Made by a program: the position numbers and the translations under genes. Under the pieces are notes generated by a model. It did no database searches, was not told where the DNA came from, and worked only from the letters and a program-made list of their open reading frames with translations. From Ascidiella aspersa (lineage: Eukaryota), in contig OZ004611.1 in assembly GCA_963924565.1 (NCBI GenBank), forward strand, positions 26,474,001 through 26,538,000: a DNA stretch of 64,000 bases. The letters run 5' to 3'. Positions 12,101-23,390 of the stretch are shown piece by piece; position 1 is the stretch's first letter; every line of letters starts with the position of its first letter.

Positions 12101-15045
12101 ACAGCTCAAAAGTAGTGGTACGATGCGTTGGTTTTCTTTTTGTTTTTTATTGCAATTTTTACTAGTGCACATTTATTTTAGCAGTTTTTTGCCTACAAAT
12201 TAATCAAACGAAAAACAGATTAACGCAACGGAAAACAAATTAACAAAACGGAAATAGTATCTACAGAAAAAGTTGTTAAACAATAAGTTTTAATTTAATC
12301 TAAGCGTACAAAACATAATTTTTATCCAGACTCTGTAAGCAGTTGCAAATCTATGTTAATCGATAAAAATTATATCTTTACAAGTTCAAGGTCAAATATA
12401 TTGTTTACCGTTTTATTTCAAGGTCGATTAATTTTGGGAGGACCAGAAAAAATAGTATCTACACCAACAGATCCTATACAACACATTTTAATTTTACCTC
12501 AGTGTAAAAAGCATAGCTTTTATACAAACCTTATACGCATTTAAAATTTTAATTTAGCAGAAAAAAATTATATTCGTATGTTCAAGGTCAAATATACTGT
12601 TTACCGTTTCATTTCAAGGTCGATTATTTGTGGGAGGACTTGCGACGCGAATTCGTCGAGATGGATCCCTATCACACCGGATTCGTTTCGCGTGACGAGT
12701 TTCGTGACGTGCTCATGGAGCTGTGCGTTCATCTCACGAATCACGAGGCGGAAATCATCGCCACGAAGTTTGACACAAACACGGACGGCAGGTAAGAACC
12801 AGGGCTGCAAAGTCGGAGTCGAACTCGAAATGTGGGACTCGAAGGAGTCGGTTTGTTTTGCTGGATTTGTACTCGGGACTCAAGTAAGATCACGTAAGAC
12901 TACCCGAAGACATGCGAGGACATGGCGCACATTAATGAAATTTGAATTTATCAGTGCTAAACTTTCTTATGTTTTTTTTATTCACTTGAAGCTTACTAAA
13001 AGTTCATTGAAGAAAATTGGGTCGCCAAAGCTTCGTTGTTCTCAGTATCACTTAGTATTTGAGTTGCGGCGAAAAAAGGTTTTGAGCAGTGTTGTAAAGT
13101 CCAAGTCAAGTCATTTGTGAAATAACTTAAGTCCAAGTCAAGTCTTTTTGAATAAATAACAAATCAGGTCATTACTAGATCAAATTAATTCCAAGTCAAG
13201 CCCTCGTCATAAAAAGTAAACGTTTAAAACTGGTATACTTGTTCGATTATATGAGTAATAAATTAACAAAAACTTTAAACGCACCGTATAAAGCAAGCAA
13301 ATTGGTTTTACCCCATTTAAAGCAAAGGCTTAATGAAAAGTAATTTGTTCAAAAGACTTAAGTCAAGTCGTTTGTCCAAATGACTTGAGTCAGTCAAACC
13401 TTTGAAAAAAATGACTTAAGTTCATTTAATTCAAGTCATTCAAATCATTGACTTAAGTAATTGAAACACTTGGTTTGAGAACTTTCGGTTTAAACTGATT
13501 ACCTATACGATTTGGTATAAGGGACGGTACCTGGTAAACATTTCCGTTTAATCGAAAACTTTCTCACATTTGTAGGGTTTCGTACGTCGAATTTCTTCGC
13601 CCATTCGCGCAACGTCGTCAGCTGTGGAAGAACGGCAACAACATGCTCTCCATTCTCACCCACCCCCTTGCTGAGTTCCCGGTGTCTGACATCGCACTGA
13701 AACCCACCAAAGGACTGGAGGCCGTCACCTCAAAGCTAAAGGATCAGGTAAAACACTATTGATGGTCGAAAATCTGCTTCGGATATAAATAAATTTTCCT
13801 AAGTGCAAAATTGTGAAAAACTATGTTATTGGCGCTAAAAGCATAATTTTTATTTAACAATTTAACAAAATTACAAACGCACGATAAAATTAAAAATAAG
13901 TGTTGTCAACAATCTTTTTATATTATATTTTCAATTGTTTTAGGCTAAACATTTTTTCGAAACTAACAAACAAAACTCTTTTTAATAGTCTGCTGAAAGG
14001 TAAAAATTTAAACTTTCAGCTATGAAATAATTCCATATACTGTCATCCCGGCCCACTGGCTTACGAAGAAAGTAAATTGAAATGTTTCCTGCCTGGTTAT
14101 TGTACCATATTAGACCCACAAATGTAGCCTACTACATTGAAAACTAGCATGAAGGTACTTCCTATATCGCCTTATGTGCAAACTAATGTTTTTACTTTTA
14201 TCTAAATACGACGAAATGCGTATACCTTTCGTCAGTAAACTTTAACTTCTCCATAATATCTGTTAATATTTCTTTTCAGTTGTCTGGAGATTGGAGGACA
14301 TTGCGGCGGGCGTTCAAGAAAATGGATCATTCATCTGATGGAATGCTAACTCTGCCCGAGTTTAGGAGCGTTCTTAAACTCTGCAACGGTAAGTAAATAG
14401 GTAATAAAATACTATTATTAATTATTGTTTTAATATTATCATTATTTTTGTTGTTTAAATTGGGATCCAAGTCTGTTCCAACAGTGCTATTTTGAAATAA
14501 ATTTTGAAATAAAGTTGTCTTAGATCTATTTAATACCCTATGTGGTTCTGTTTGGATTGGTGAGTAAATGCACGTTTGACTTGGACAACATGAGCTCCAA
14601 AATTTCCAAAAGTAGCTTAAAAACGAGCTAATGTGTTTGGATGAAGTTGACTTTGTTTTTGGAAACAAATCAACAGACGAAATTGTTACAGAAAATCCAT
14701 TGATCATTTGAGCTATATAAAGTGCCTTTCAGAAATTTGGCCCATTTTTCATTTGTGTTGGGGACAATAATAAATACAGCAATGCACAATTTGTTTTAAA
14801 TAAATTATTCGCCGTTTGAAAGCTCATTTTTAGTTGGTTTACTCATGTATGAACTGTTTTGAAGCATGTTTTGTCCTGCATTAATTCACCTATTGTAAAG
14901 CCCCTTTTGCATTGCAGTAATTCTCGACGAAGACGAAGTGTATCACGTGTTATCCGAGTACGACGATAAGATGTCCGGAAAATTGGATTACAAAAAGTTT
15001 ATAAGGGACAATGTCAGCACGGCTGTGTCTAAAAAGTCCGTGTAA
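2..15045 (+). CDS. EFCAB6: EF-hand calcium-binding domain-containing protein 6-like; 5'-incomplete gene, 17 coding exons in window (~817 aa)
   Basis: Exons joined by hand: 2-118, 648-826, 1272-1413, 4285-4457, 5147-5298, 5938-6083, 6809-7005, 7995-8171, 8942-9052, 9590-9685, 10039-10176, 10806-10928, 11720-11840, 12619-12791, 13576-13747, 14280-14388, 14918-15045. All introns are GT-AG with matching phases, giving one open frame to TAA at 15043-15045. It has repeated degenerate EF-hand pairs (e.g. FKNNDPEGKGNVTREAL, FVEMDPYHTGFVSRDEF). The C-terminus WRTLRRAFKKMDHSSDGMLTLPEFRSVLKLCNVILDEDEVYHVLSEYDDKMSGKLDYKKF resembles EFCAB6 as I recall it; orthology was not tested. Confidence 0.85.
648..826 (+). 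CDS. EFCAB6: EFCAB6-like exon
   Basis: CCGCAG| LEMALRNKIRTGGYFAIRQAFKNNDPEGKGNVTREALLHII... AG|GTAAGT. Confidence 0.9.
1005..1173. mobile_element. Intronic fold-back/palindromic non-autonomous element with a short telomeric-repeat core
   Basis: ~50-bp imperfect inverted arms (about 1047-1096 vs 1123-1173) around TAGGGTTAGGGTTAGG; internal TGGTCCGG/CCGGACCA repeats. Confidence 0.6.
1272..1413 (+). CDS. EFCAB6: EFCAB6-like exon
   Basis: GCAG| LHLENQSIVKFDEFYAQFRE...MSASQ |GTAATG. Confidence 0.9.
2148..2194 (-). ncRNA. Minimal type-I hammerhead ribozyme motif of the Penelope-like retroelement type
   Basis: Minus strand reads cacc-CTGACGA-a-ggcggctt(gtat)aggttgcc-GAAA-CGTT-ggt: intact core, 8-bp stem II, palindromic stem III ACGT, short stem I (ACC/GGT). 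Confidence 0.7.
4285..4457 (+). CDS. EFCAB6: EFCAB6-like exon
   Basis: TTCCAG| VHAQLKAKTKQRF...EFRNVLNKLGFFMDDVEFEKLWKR |GTCGG. Confidence 0.9.
5147..5298 (+). CDS. EFCAB6: EFCAB6-like exon
   Basis: TTCCAG| YDEGGLGVVNAEKLLRKLGIEF... |GTAAGT. Confidence 0.9.
5938..6083 (+). CDS. EFCAB6: EFCAB6-like exon
   Basis: TTCCAG| STGRSLKP...IEKWIKEKFRQGFQEMKAEFRKGDPQNTRK |GTTTG. Confidence 0.9.
6809..7005 (+). CDS. EFCAB6: EFCAB6-like exon
   Basis: CCCCAG| VSRDVFRRVLSQF...GEISYADFLNKYQDRSE... AG|GTGAGT. Confidence 0.9.
7030..7860. repeat. Degenerate intronic tandem duplications
   Basis: Recurring ATGCGAAYTCMCGRATGAWACA-like and GAGTKYTGAGGGAAT-like motifs near 7328, 7490 and 7811; 7030-7400 resembles 7510-7860. 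Confidence 0.6.
7995..8171 (+). CDS. EFCAB6: EFCAB6-like exon
   Basis: CCTAG| FNKNPRAVSPKS...FHKIDKHHQDVISQQEFRAAIES AG|GTCAG. Confidence 0.9.
8942..9052 (+). CDS. EFCAB6: EFCAB6-like exon
   Basis: TTCCAG| FQLEMSDGEFDIFLEQVPLNEEGDVKYTEFMAQFDT |GTAAGA. Confidence 0.9.
9590..9685 (+). CDS. EFCAB6: EFCAB6-like exon
   Basis: CACAG| QGAKSLWDAKSVASRRRTKPLGGAAAVAAGE AG|GTAAT; phase 2-2. Confidence 0.85.
10039..10176 (+). CDS. EFCAB6: EFCAB6-like exon
   Basis: TTTCAG| TIDNLHDILRDIVRNDMNKLESEFRELDEYNSGRLTQEMMYQLLT |GTAAT. Confidence 0.9.
10806..10928 (+). CDS. EFCAB6: EFCAB6-like exon
   Basis: TGTCAG| MTINPPVTRGEIRRLWETFIVNKNRTLNFHQMVRHYGYSL |GTGAGT. Confidence 0.9.
11720..11840 (+). CDS. EFCAB6: EFCAB6-like exon
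   Basis: GTACAG| SAAFPNAKVVPPQRGDNDFMVRSRKLNCAADMLEDNLRAK |GTGGG. Confidence 0.9.
12250..12639 (+). repeat. ~196-bp tandem duplication that includes a 3' splice site and exon start
   Basis: 12384-12443 matches 12580-12639 (GTTCAAGGTCAAATATAYTGTTTACCGTTTYATTTCAAG|GTCGATTAWTTKTGGGAGGAC); AAATAGTATCTAC at about 12252 and 12450. Confidence 0.8.
12619..12791 (+). CDS. EFCAB6: EFCAB6-like exon
   Basis: TTCAAG| VDYLWEDLRREFVEMDPYHTGFVSRDEFRDVLMELC...FDTNTDG AG|GTAAGA. Confidence 0.9.
13087..13471 (+). mobile_element. Non-autonomous hAT-like element (CAAGT-repeat family), copy 1
   Basis: Starts CAGTGTTGTAA; many TCAAGTCA repeats; degenerate right end TTGAAACACTT; near-TSD GTTTTGAG/GGTTTGAG; similar to 53264-53654. 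Confidence 0.7.
13576..13747 (+). CDS. EFCAB6: EFCAB6-like exon
   Basis: TGTAG| VSYVEFLRPFAQRRQLWKNGNNMLSILTHP...KLKDQ |GTAAA. Confidence 0.9.
14280..14388 (+). CDS. EFCAB6: EFCAB6-like exon
   Basis: TTTCAG| LSGDWRTLRRAFKKMDHSSDGMLTLPEFRSVLKLCN G|GTAAGT. Confidence 0.9.
14918..15045 (+). CDS. EFCAB6: EFCAB6-like last coding exon
   Basis: TTGCAG| ILDEDEVYHVLSEYDDKMSGKLDYKKFIRDNVSTAVSKKSV* (TAA). Confidence 0.9.
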
Positions 15046-15264
15046 AATCCAGCAGCAGAAATTCCAACGGAAAGGACTCGTTCACAAATATCCGCGCCTA
15101 CCACAAGACTGTTTTCCAATTACCGATTTTGTATGATTTGAATGGTTATGATATCACTTATTATAGTCTTTAAACTGACATTTTTGATATTGAACAAACT
15201 CCCCTAATGTGTACAGATGTTCTTATTGTGGTGTTTTCGTGCATTGGTATAAAGCAAAAATTGA

Positions 15265-15270
15265 AATAAA
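15265..15270 (+). terminator. Candidate polyadenylation signal of the EFCAB6-like gene
   Basis: AATAAA ~220 nt after the stop, followed by a GT/T-rich tract; a second AATAAA at 15539-15544. Confidence 0.5.
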
Positions 15271-18103
15271 AAACTGTTGTTTTTCAACAATTCCTGCTAA
15301 TATATAACAGTCCTATTACCACCGAAAGCGTAAAACCATTTTATATTAAAAAGAATGTTAATTATCTTTTTTGTTTAATTCAGCATGGATATAACCGATT
15401 AAATATTGTCATTTGTAGCGATTTTTGTAATTGTTATAACTAAAGATTTACAGATAAAGGTTTTACGTATCAACAGTGTCCTTTTTTTCTTTTGTATATG
15501 TTGTAACCATCTTGTTCAACAGCGTTATATTATTATAAAATAAACCTTTTTTTAATAGCAAGTTCCAAACAAAAGTTAACCCAACTGAACTGTAGAGTGT
15601 TTTGTTGTTCTTTTGCTATATTTATGTTTTCTTTGTTGCCAAGTGTTATGCTTATATCGGTACAAATTGTAATCAAAAGTTACATGGTACTCCACTGTAC
15701 TTAAATCTAGGGTAGAAATGTATCGATGGAAGAACATGACGTATGTCGTCGAAGTTTTTTTGTAGCCGCTATACAATTTACCAAGCCAAATGGACATAGT
15801 TTTATTGATATTTAATTGAGTTTTATGTGATAGCTAAGGAAAAAAAATTAACATTAGAAATTTCAATTTGTACTATAGTGTTACTTTTTGTTTCTGAATA
15901 TAAATGCAAACCTTGTCGTTTCCATTTTTAGAATACCAAATGTTATTGATTGAGTTTACAGTGAATGAATGTAAAAGGCAGAACGTAAGACAGATGTATT
16001 TTGATAATAAAATAACTTTTGGAATATATCCTTTTTATAAATGTGTGCAAAAAGTTCAAATTGTACTCCAATAACTACTAAAGTGGTAAGTTTTTATTAT
16101 GCTTTTAATTCTGGGCATGTGAATGTTAAATTTTGTATACAGGTTTATTTTACTTTGCAAATAAAAGGACGAATATAAGTGACTGTATATTTTTTTTCTG
16201 CCAAAAATATTGCATTAAATTAATAAAACCTCAATCCATTGAAATCAAATAGAGACCGACAAACTCTCTCGCCAATTACAAAAAGGAAGCAATCAACGAA
16301 CCCGTGCTTAGCAGACGAGTAAATTGGTTGCGCCTTACAAGCTGATTAAAAGCGCCTTTTCACTTGCGCGTTCTATTATTACTCCCGCATTTTGCCGCGT
16401 TGTAAAGTCGGTAGTAAGTTGATTTTATTTGCCAGCTGTTTACATTTCGTTACTTCAGCTTTTGTAGAATGTACGAGTTTTTTTGCAAACAAAAAGCCGA
16501 AATAAGGCGCTTAAGATTTGCTACCATACAGTGAAAAGCGAAGAGAACTGAAAAATAAGACTATTAAACTGCAAAAACCTGTGACTGTTTAGCATATTTA
16601 TGTCAAATAATTTTTGGAGGCGACATAGCTTGATATCGTATGTTTTTTTTGTGCTTAGTAGCCTACCGAAGAAAGTCGGAAATAAGTGAGTTATTTGAAA
16701 AAAAAAACTTTATTTAGGCGCATACTATTAGCTCCTCAAGGAGCGTTTGTATTGCAAGGTTTTCAACGAGAGAATAAAATTGTGTATTGTCATTGATTAT
16801 AAAATAAAAATATATTAAATTTATAGGCTTATCAAGTAAAATGTATTTTAGACAATGTGTCATCTGTTTTTTTGGAAAATATTCGCAAAATTTGTTAGTT
16901 TTCTTGTGATCCAACATATTCACAGCCAGTATTGACAACGCTGAGCACCAAGATTGCTTGACCAGGAATCCAATCAGAACCTGAGAATCCGAACGATCAT
17001 GAAGCCGCCGATTGTTTTTATCACCCTCCCCAATGAAAGGTATTTCGAAAATTACAGCATAGGTCAACATTTGGCAGTGGTGAAAGTACACCTGAACATC
17101 TGCTAGAATAATATTTGCAGGTACGCCGTCTCGTAAATGTTGTTTGTCTACCAGTCCATGTCTCTTTTTAGCCAGGTTGAGATTTCAGTTTCATATTTCT
17201 CCACGACATCGAACGATAACCGTATAGGTTTTTTAAGGTTACTTGAATTTTTGTCCCGCTATGACGTCACAAAAAAATGTACTGCGTTCGGCTAAGGATG
17301 TTTTCATCGTTTTTTCTAAGTAGAAAAATAAACAATAAGTGAAGGGTGTTTGATACAATCATAAAAATACTAGTTGTTAGTAAATATAAATTAAGCAAGA
17401 CGAAATTGTACAGTTAAAGCTACACTTCCTCTTAGCGCATACTAAAACTGAACGAAAATTACTACAATTCATAAGGAGAATTTTATACGCAAGCTATATA
17501 ACCTTATATATTATTAGAATAATCCAGTATTATTGGCAATTTCCTTATAGGTCCATCTTAGATGAAGCCATCGTTAAAATTATATTTTTCTTTTCGTTTA
17601 GTGCCACCAGCGACAGGCACTTAAGTTTAATTTAATGAATTGGCCAGTTTTGCGAATACCAGAAATTTGTTAAAGTAAAGTTTAATTTAAATAAATGCAA
17701 AAAACTTAATTTGCAAATCATGTTGTTTAACCAACTTGTGGGTTTGGCATAAATGAGAGGATAAAACTAAAAGCGTGTCGGGTATAGTCAATATAATTTA
17801 TAAAAATGTTCAATTGTTAAAAGTTATTTAGCAATTGATAAGTTGTTCGATGAAAAACATGTTCGATTGACAACAATGCTGTAGGAGGGTGATGTACGGT
17901 TGGTACTTCATATATTTAGAATAAGTAATTGTTATAGCAAACCACAAGTAAGGTATAACAATAAAATATTTGATTCAAAATATCCCAACTTTGGCCTTAG
18001 GTCGCCATCCACAATATTGTACTAACAAACGCGACCTCAGAATTAGGAAAAACTAGTATTTTTAAAAATTTAATATACAAACATTAGTTATTTACTGTTA
18101 CAG

Positions 18104-18175
18104 ATTCGTGGACAAGGCACTTCAAGTTGATTGCTTTTTCTGTTCTTCGCGCAGCGGATATCTTGCATCGGATTG
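18104..18175 (+). other. Isolated candidate exon (72 nt) of an unidentified, probably non-coding transcript
   Basis: GC-richer segment bounded by TTACAG| and |GTAAGC; next strong acceptor TTTGCAG| at 18994. Confidence 0.4.
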
Positions 18176-21100
18176 GTAAGCAACGTTAGTGTTTAATAGT
18201 TATATTGAAATGTATTCGATGTTGGGTGTTTTTATGTATCGAATAAGGGTTATTCCGAGTTTATATATTTTACAAAGATATGGTAAAAGCTATTACGATA
18301 CGTCGTATTTCATTTCCATACTGATATCCGATAGTACCGCCCAACGATCCGATTCTAAAGTAGGCCTACGCCACATTTACGGCCAGATAGGTAAAATTGG
18401 TCAAATTGTAATGTGCACACATAATGTTTTTCAGGTTATTAAGCAATAAATTGCTTTAGCGCTTGAAACCGTATTGTATTAGTGATGTGCTATTTGCTAC
18501 AAAAATGCCTTATTAGTGGAAAACGCATTCTTAGATAGAAAATCATGTCTAAAGTGCGTAAATAGTTCTGGTATCGGATCAGCACTTAAACTACCCTAGT
18601 ATCGGACAAGTAACGATACTCCATATTGTATTGGGTATCGGCTACCATCCGATATTATTAGAGATCTATTGGACCTAGTGTTAAGAAAAATAAAGCAAAA
18701 CATAGTTTTAATACTCAAAAAATAGTTTCGGGTAACGCAGCGATCATTTTTTTTTATTTTTTTATTCTCAAGATCTCCGGGAGAATTGAGAAAAAAAATG
18801 TCGTAGCACGCAAATTATTTTATTTTATTAATGCATTTTACAAAAACGAAACGGTTTCACTGAGTCCATGGTTTTATCGGCGCCTGCAAAGTTACATGAG
18901 TCGTCTATTATAGTTTTCCAACCCCTTTAGATAGTCGTACATTTTTTTTTATTATTTATAGGTTATCACTTAAAGTTTAAATGTTTCTTTGCAGACTTCT
19001 GGACAGGGACCTAAAGGTTTCAGGAATAAAAAAATTGCAATTAAAGCCCCGATTCAGGTGAAACTCTTTTAAAGTTTGCTAGACGCTGTCAGCAAAGCCT
19101 TGGGAATCGTCGTCACGTTTTACTGTTGCTGTTGAACCCCTACGTTTGACGGGAAAACGACTAAACTACACTTTTCTGTGTTTTCGGCTACCTTTTTGTA
19201 AACGCCAGTACGAACTATTACTGTAATTTGTAATGATTACAATATTTCTAACACACAATAGCGCTGTTAAAACTGTACGACTATGTAAACTTCCTTTATT
19301 TCGATCTGAATCATGTAGTTTGTTAGGTGATGGTGCTATGTTCAATTCCTTCCTTTCTTTTGTCGACACGGTCATGCCCTGTAAAACAAATTCATGTTTG
19401 GCAGTGAGACCTTAAAACCATGGTTCTTATTTTTAATGTGTTTGTGTAGTGTAAAATTTCGTAAAATGTTTCGTCACAATACATTATGGTCAATAAATGT
19501 TAAAAAGTTTGGGCTGGAAAATCATGTTTCTTATTAAAATGCTGACTATAGGGTTTTTTTTTTTTTTTTTTTTTTTAATAAATGTTCGAAATTACGTTCT
19601 TTGAAATATGTGCAAGGTTTTGCGTTTGTGTTATTTTTTAAATAAACAAATAAAAAGAAAAAACATTTGGTGTGAATGTCTCAGCAGAGAAAAAATAGAA
19701 CTCTAAGTTACCAGAGAAATATTGAAGGTTGAATAATAAAACAATTTGAAAATTGAGTAAAAAAAGGAATAATTTTGACAAAAGGTAATTATTAAAACTC
19801 TTAACAATCAAAGGATATGCAATATCTAATGGAGAAGGCATAAGTTAAGTGAGTGATGGTGGTTAAATATTAACTTTAAACAAGCAAACACGACTAGGTT
19901 CCTTACGCAAGTACAACTTTATCAGAATGAGTGATTTTTGAATGAAATTCGAGTATTTATAATTTCGCCAACAAAATCATATACGTTTGTTGGTCAATTG
20001 AAATTCATAATTATACGTTAAAATAAAATAATAAAGTAACAATTAAAATGCAAAAATCCACTATTAATTATCATAATAAAAAAAATTGTTTTATATAATT
20101 ATTATGCCTAAAAACAACATTTTAACAATATTTGTCCAATAAAAGTTTATGAAACTTGCCAAAACGGTTTCGGTTGACTTGTCAAGCTCTGTCAAAACTC
20201 AGAAAGTCGGCGGGAGGTTTGAAGTTGATCGTAGTTTCAGAACTGCAAATATTTTTAAGAAAAATCACTTTTTTAGTACCTTTTGGCTTTGCTTACGTTT
20301 TTTTATTAATCTACATGGTAGTATAACTTTCCGACTGGCTAAATCTGTTTAAATAATTCAAACATTATACTAAATTAGTGCCAAAAACATGTTTGTGTAA
20401 TCTTTACTCAGAAACTGTAAATTTTTATACATAATATAAGCTACTCCATTATATTTCAAATCGTATGTATTAGGGTTGGTGTTTTACTGTTTTTTTCAGA
20501 TGTATACTTAAAATGTGGTAATGACTTATATTTTTAATTAACGACCATTAGGTGAAACTACTTTCAAGTAGACTTTAATTTAGGTAAATTTTTTTAACCA
20601 CTGATGAAACTAATCTTAAACTTGTTTAAACAACAGATAAAGATAAACCTTTCAAACTTACATGATATAGATATGCCATTTTTATTGATAAATTTTTGCA
20701 TACTAAAATTAAAGGCTGCATAAGTTTTATCCAAAAATGTTATTCATTTCAAAGAATTTCATAAATTATTTTTATTAATAACAGATGTAAAATCTACTTG
20801 AGATGTAAAATCACATATAAATACACACATATATATCTTAGCTACAGCCTACAAACATATCTTCCTTTGCCATTTTTCAAAAGATGTGAACACATGGTTT
20901 TTAGGTTTAATATATTATCTACAAAAACAAACTTAAAATGTTATAAAGTGTTTGAATAGACTAAACCATTTCCAACAAAATGACAAACTTGTCTTATGAC
21001 AGTGTTTTAAACAAGTCATTTTGAAATAACCCCTGTCCAAGCCTAGTTATTTATGAAATAACTTATATTCCAGTAAAGTCTTTTCAAATTTAATAAAAAA

Positions 21101-23139
21101 TAGGTAATTTAAAAACAACTACTAAACTTTTTTGTTACTTGGCAATCAAGAATGAGTCAAAGAGGCAAAAACAATATGTTTAAATCTTTTTGTATCACCT
21201 TCAGGTCAAAAACATGTTGTCTTTATAACTTAGTGTTTTTTACTTCTTATGCTTAGTGTGTGTTTCACAACAGTATCTTGCTGTCCAACAGAACATATAA
21301 TGCTGATGATAAAAGTTCTGCAATTTTATCAGAGCTTGATAAGCACACTTCCTCAAACAACAATCAGTCAGCAAGGTATAATATTTTTACTATTTATTTG
21401 TACAGATAAACTGATAAGGCCATTTATTTGTATGGCAAAATGCATATTTATATTAAAAGTTTTAGATCTTGCAGACTAATTGTTGTTCAAGCGGTGCACT
21501 TCTCAAGCTATATTTGTATCTTCATGACACACATTGACATGTCCACTGTACAAATCTAAATAGCTTACGCTTTTGTAAAATCCTGATGTTTAACTGCATA
21601 CTTAATTTGCAACATTTGTTTCTGTAGAATTGATACACATGTCCCAGGAAAACATATAACTTTGCTATCTACAAAAGTTAGAAATTATCAGACAGGCGAT
21701 TGTATCACACCATTAGTACTGAGAAATGCACAGCCACAATTGTCAAATTAATAAAAATATTCTTAACACCTGGTGATAGAGCAACAATATATATGACACC
21801 ATAAATATAACAAGAATAAATATAATTATGCCATTCAAGTTTTAAACTACCTGAGGTTACCAACTTATTGCTTATCTGTTTAAATTTTGTGTTTTTAAGA
21901 TAGCAAAAATTAACAGTTTAGAAAACATTGGCAATAAATAAACATGCAAATAACATTAATAATGCAATCAATCGGAGATTAAACGCAGGTGTGATTTGTT
22001 TACATTTTCGCTCTAAGCATGTCTGAAAGTGACGTCACTTCGACTAGGTTAAAGCGCCTTTGCTCAATGCAAGTCTTAAAATACATAGCGAATTTTCAAC
22101 CATATTTTAGTTTTCAATGTGTGTTTCGTTAGTTTTCAAATATGTGTTTCGTTAACATTTAACATTAGTTTTTATTGCTGTATTATCCAAAAGTTAAGAA
22201 ATAAATTGTAGAACATAAATGGTTCAACGATTTGAATTTAATTGTGTGTTTCTAACAAAACAATATAGGTACGAACTGTGATTTCCGAAATAAAATTACA
22301 TCTCAGTCGTTTTTCGTCACACCAAAAACGAAAACGACAAGGTTAAAATAAATTATCCCAAGTAGCCTAATAAACTAGCGTTAGTGTTACCAAATTTTGT
22401 TGAAGGCCGTTTTAAAGATAACTGTTAAAAGTAAATAACCTTAATGTGTCATTAAAACAAAAACTGTTTCAGTAAAACAATATCAGGAACATGAAGATAA
22501 CACGTCACCCACGCTTTACTTAAGGTTTGAAGAGGTGAGTCCTTGTAGGAACTGTTAATTTACTTACGATAGCAACGTGATTTATTTTTTTAAGTTTGGT
22601 CCTAATAAGTAGGCTATCATATTAATGAAACCGCCATCTGTAAAAGATATGTTTCAACACAGTGTTTCTCAAACTATGTTTCGCGGCAAAATGGGCCGCC
22701 GTTTGATTTGGTTGGGTGGCCAACTAAACTAGTTTTATATGGTTAGATTTGTTGAGACTGCTTTTCTGCCAGATTTTTCCGAAATCCACCAAAATTACGA
22801 AAGGAAATATAAAGTTTACTTTATCATATTGCTTTTTTATTTGTGCACTTTAAGTATACATTTTAGTGACTAGAATTGGCGGACCTAAGTTCCACTATTA
22901 TACTTTTCAATTTTAACTTCTGTGGTAAGTTTATTGGTTGCTTAAATAAACAATTCAGACTATTTTTACTACTTGCAGATGCTAAGTTTTACGTATAACT
23001 CTTACTTGTATATGTAATGCAGAATTATATACTTTACTTTGCTTTATTTCACTTTGTCTTGTTTTGTTTAATCCGCTTCACCTCACTTTATTTGATCTTT
23101 TTCTACTTTTGCGTTTTCCACTGATAACCACTAATTGTT

Positions 23140-23390
23140 TACCGCCTTTGTTTTACGGCGAAAGGGGAATTGCTTAGTTTTGCAACTGCTGAAACTAAAG
23201 AACCGCGGCAGTCTGGATTTGGGTGTTGTGTGATACAGTGCAGTTGGTTCTATGACGTGCAAGCGTACGAGCTAGCCGCGACGTATGCTACAAATTGGGC
23301 TTAGCAGTGGCGTTCGCGCCAAACGGCCATTCTTGCTAATAAATGCGAATATTCAATGTTTGGTCAGTGACATGCCGCCAAGCAAATAAT
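23140..23390 (+). ncRNA. Candidate structured RNA module (outlier of the array)
   Basis: Helices AGAACCG/TGGTTCT (23199/23245), AGCGTACG/CGTATGCT (23262/23282), TTAGCAG/TTGCTAA (23301/23333); GGCG-TTCG-CGCC hairpin; closing TTGCTT/AAGCAA. Confidence 0.45.
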
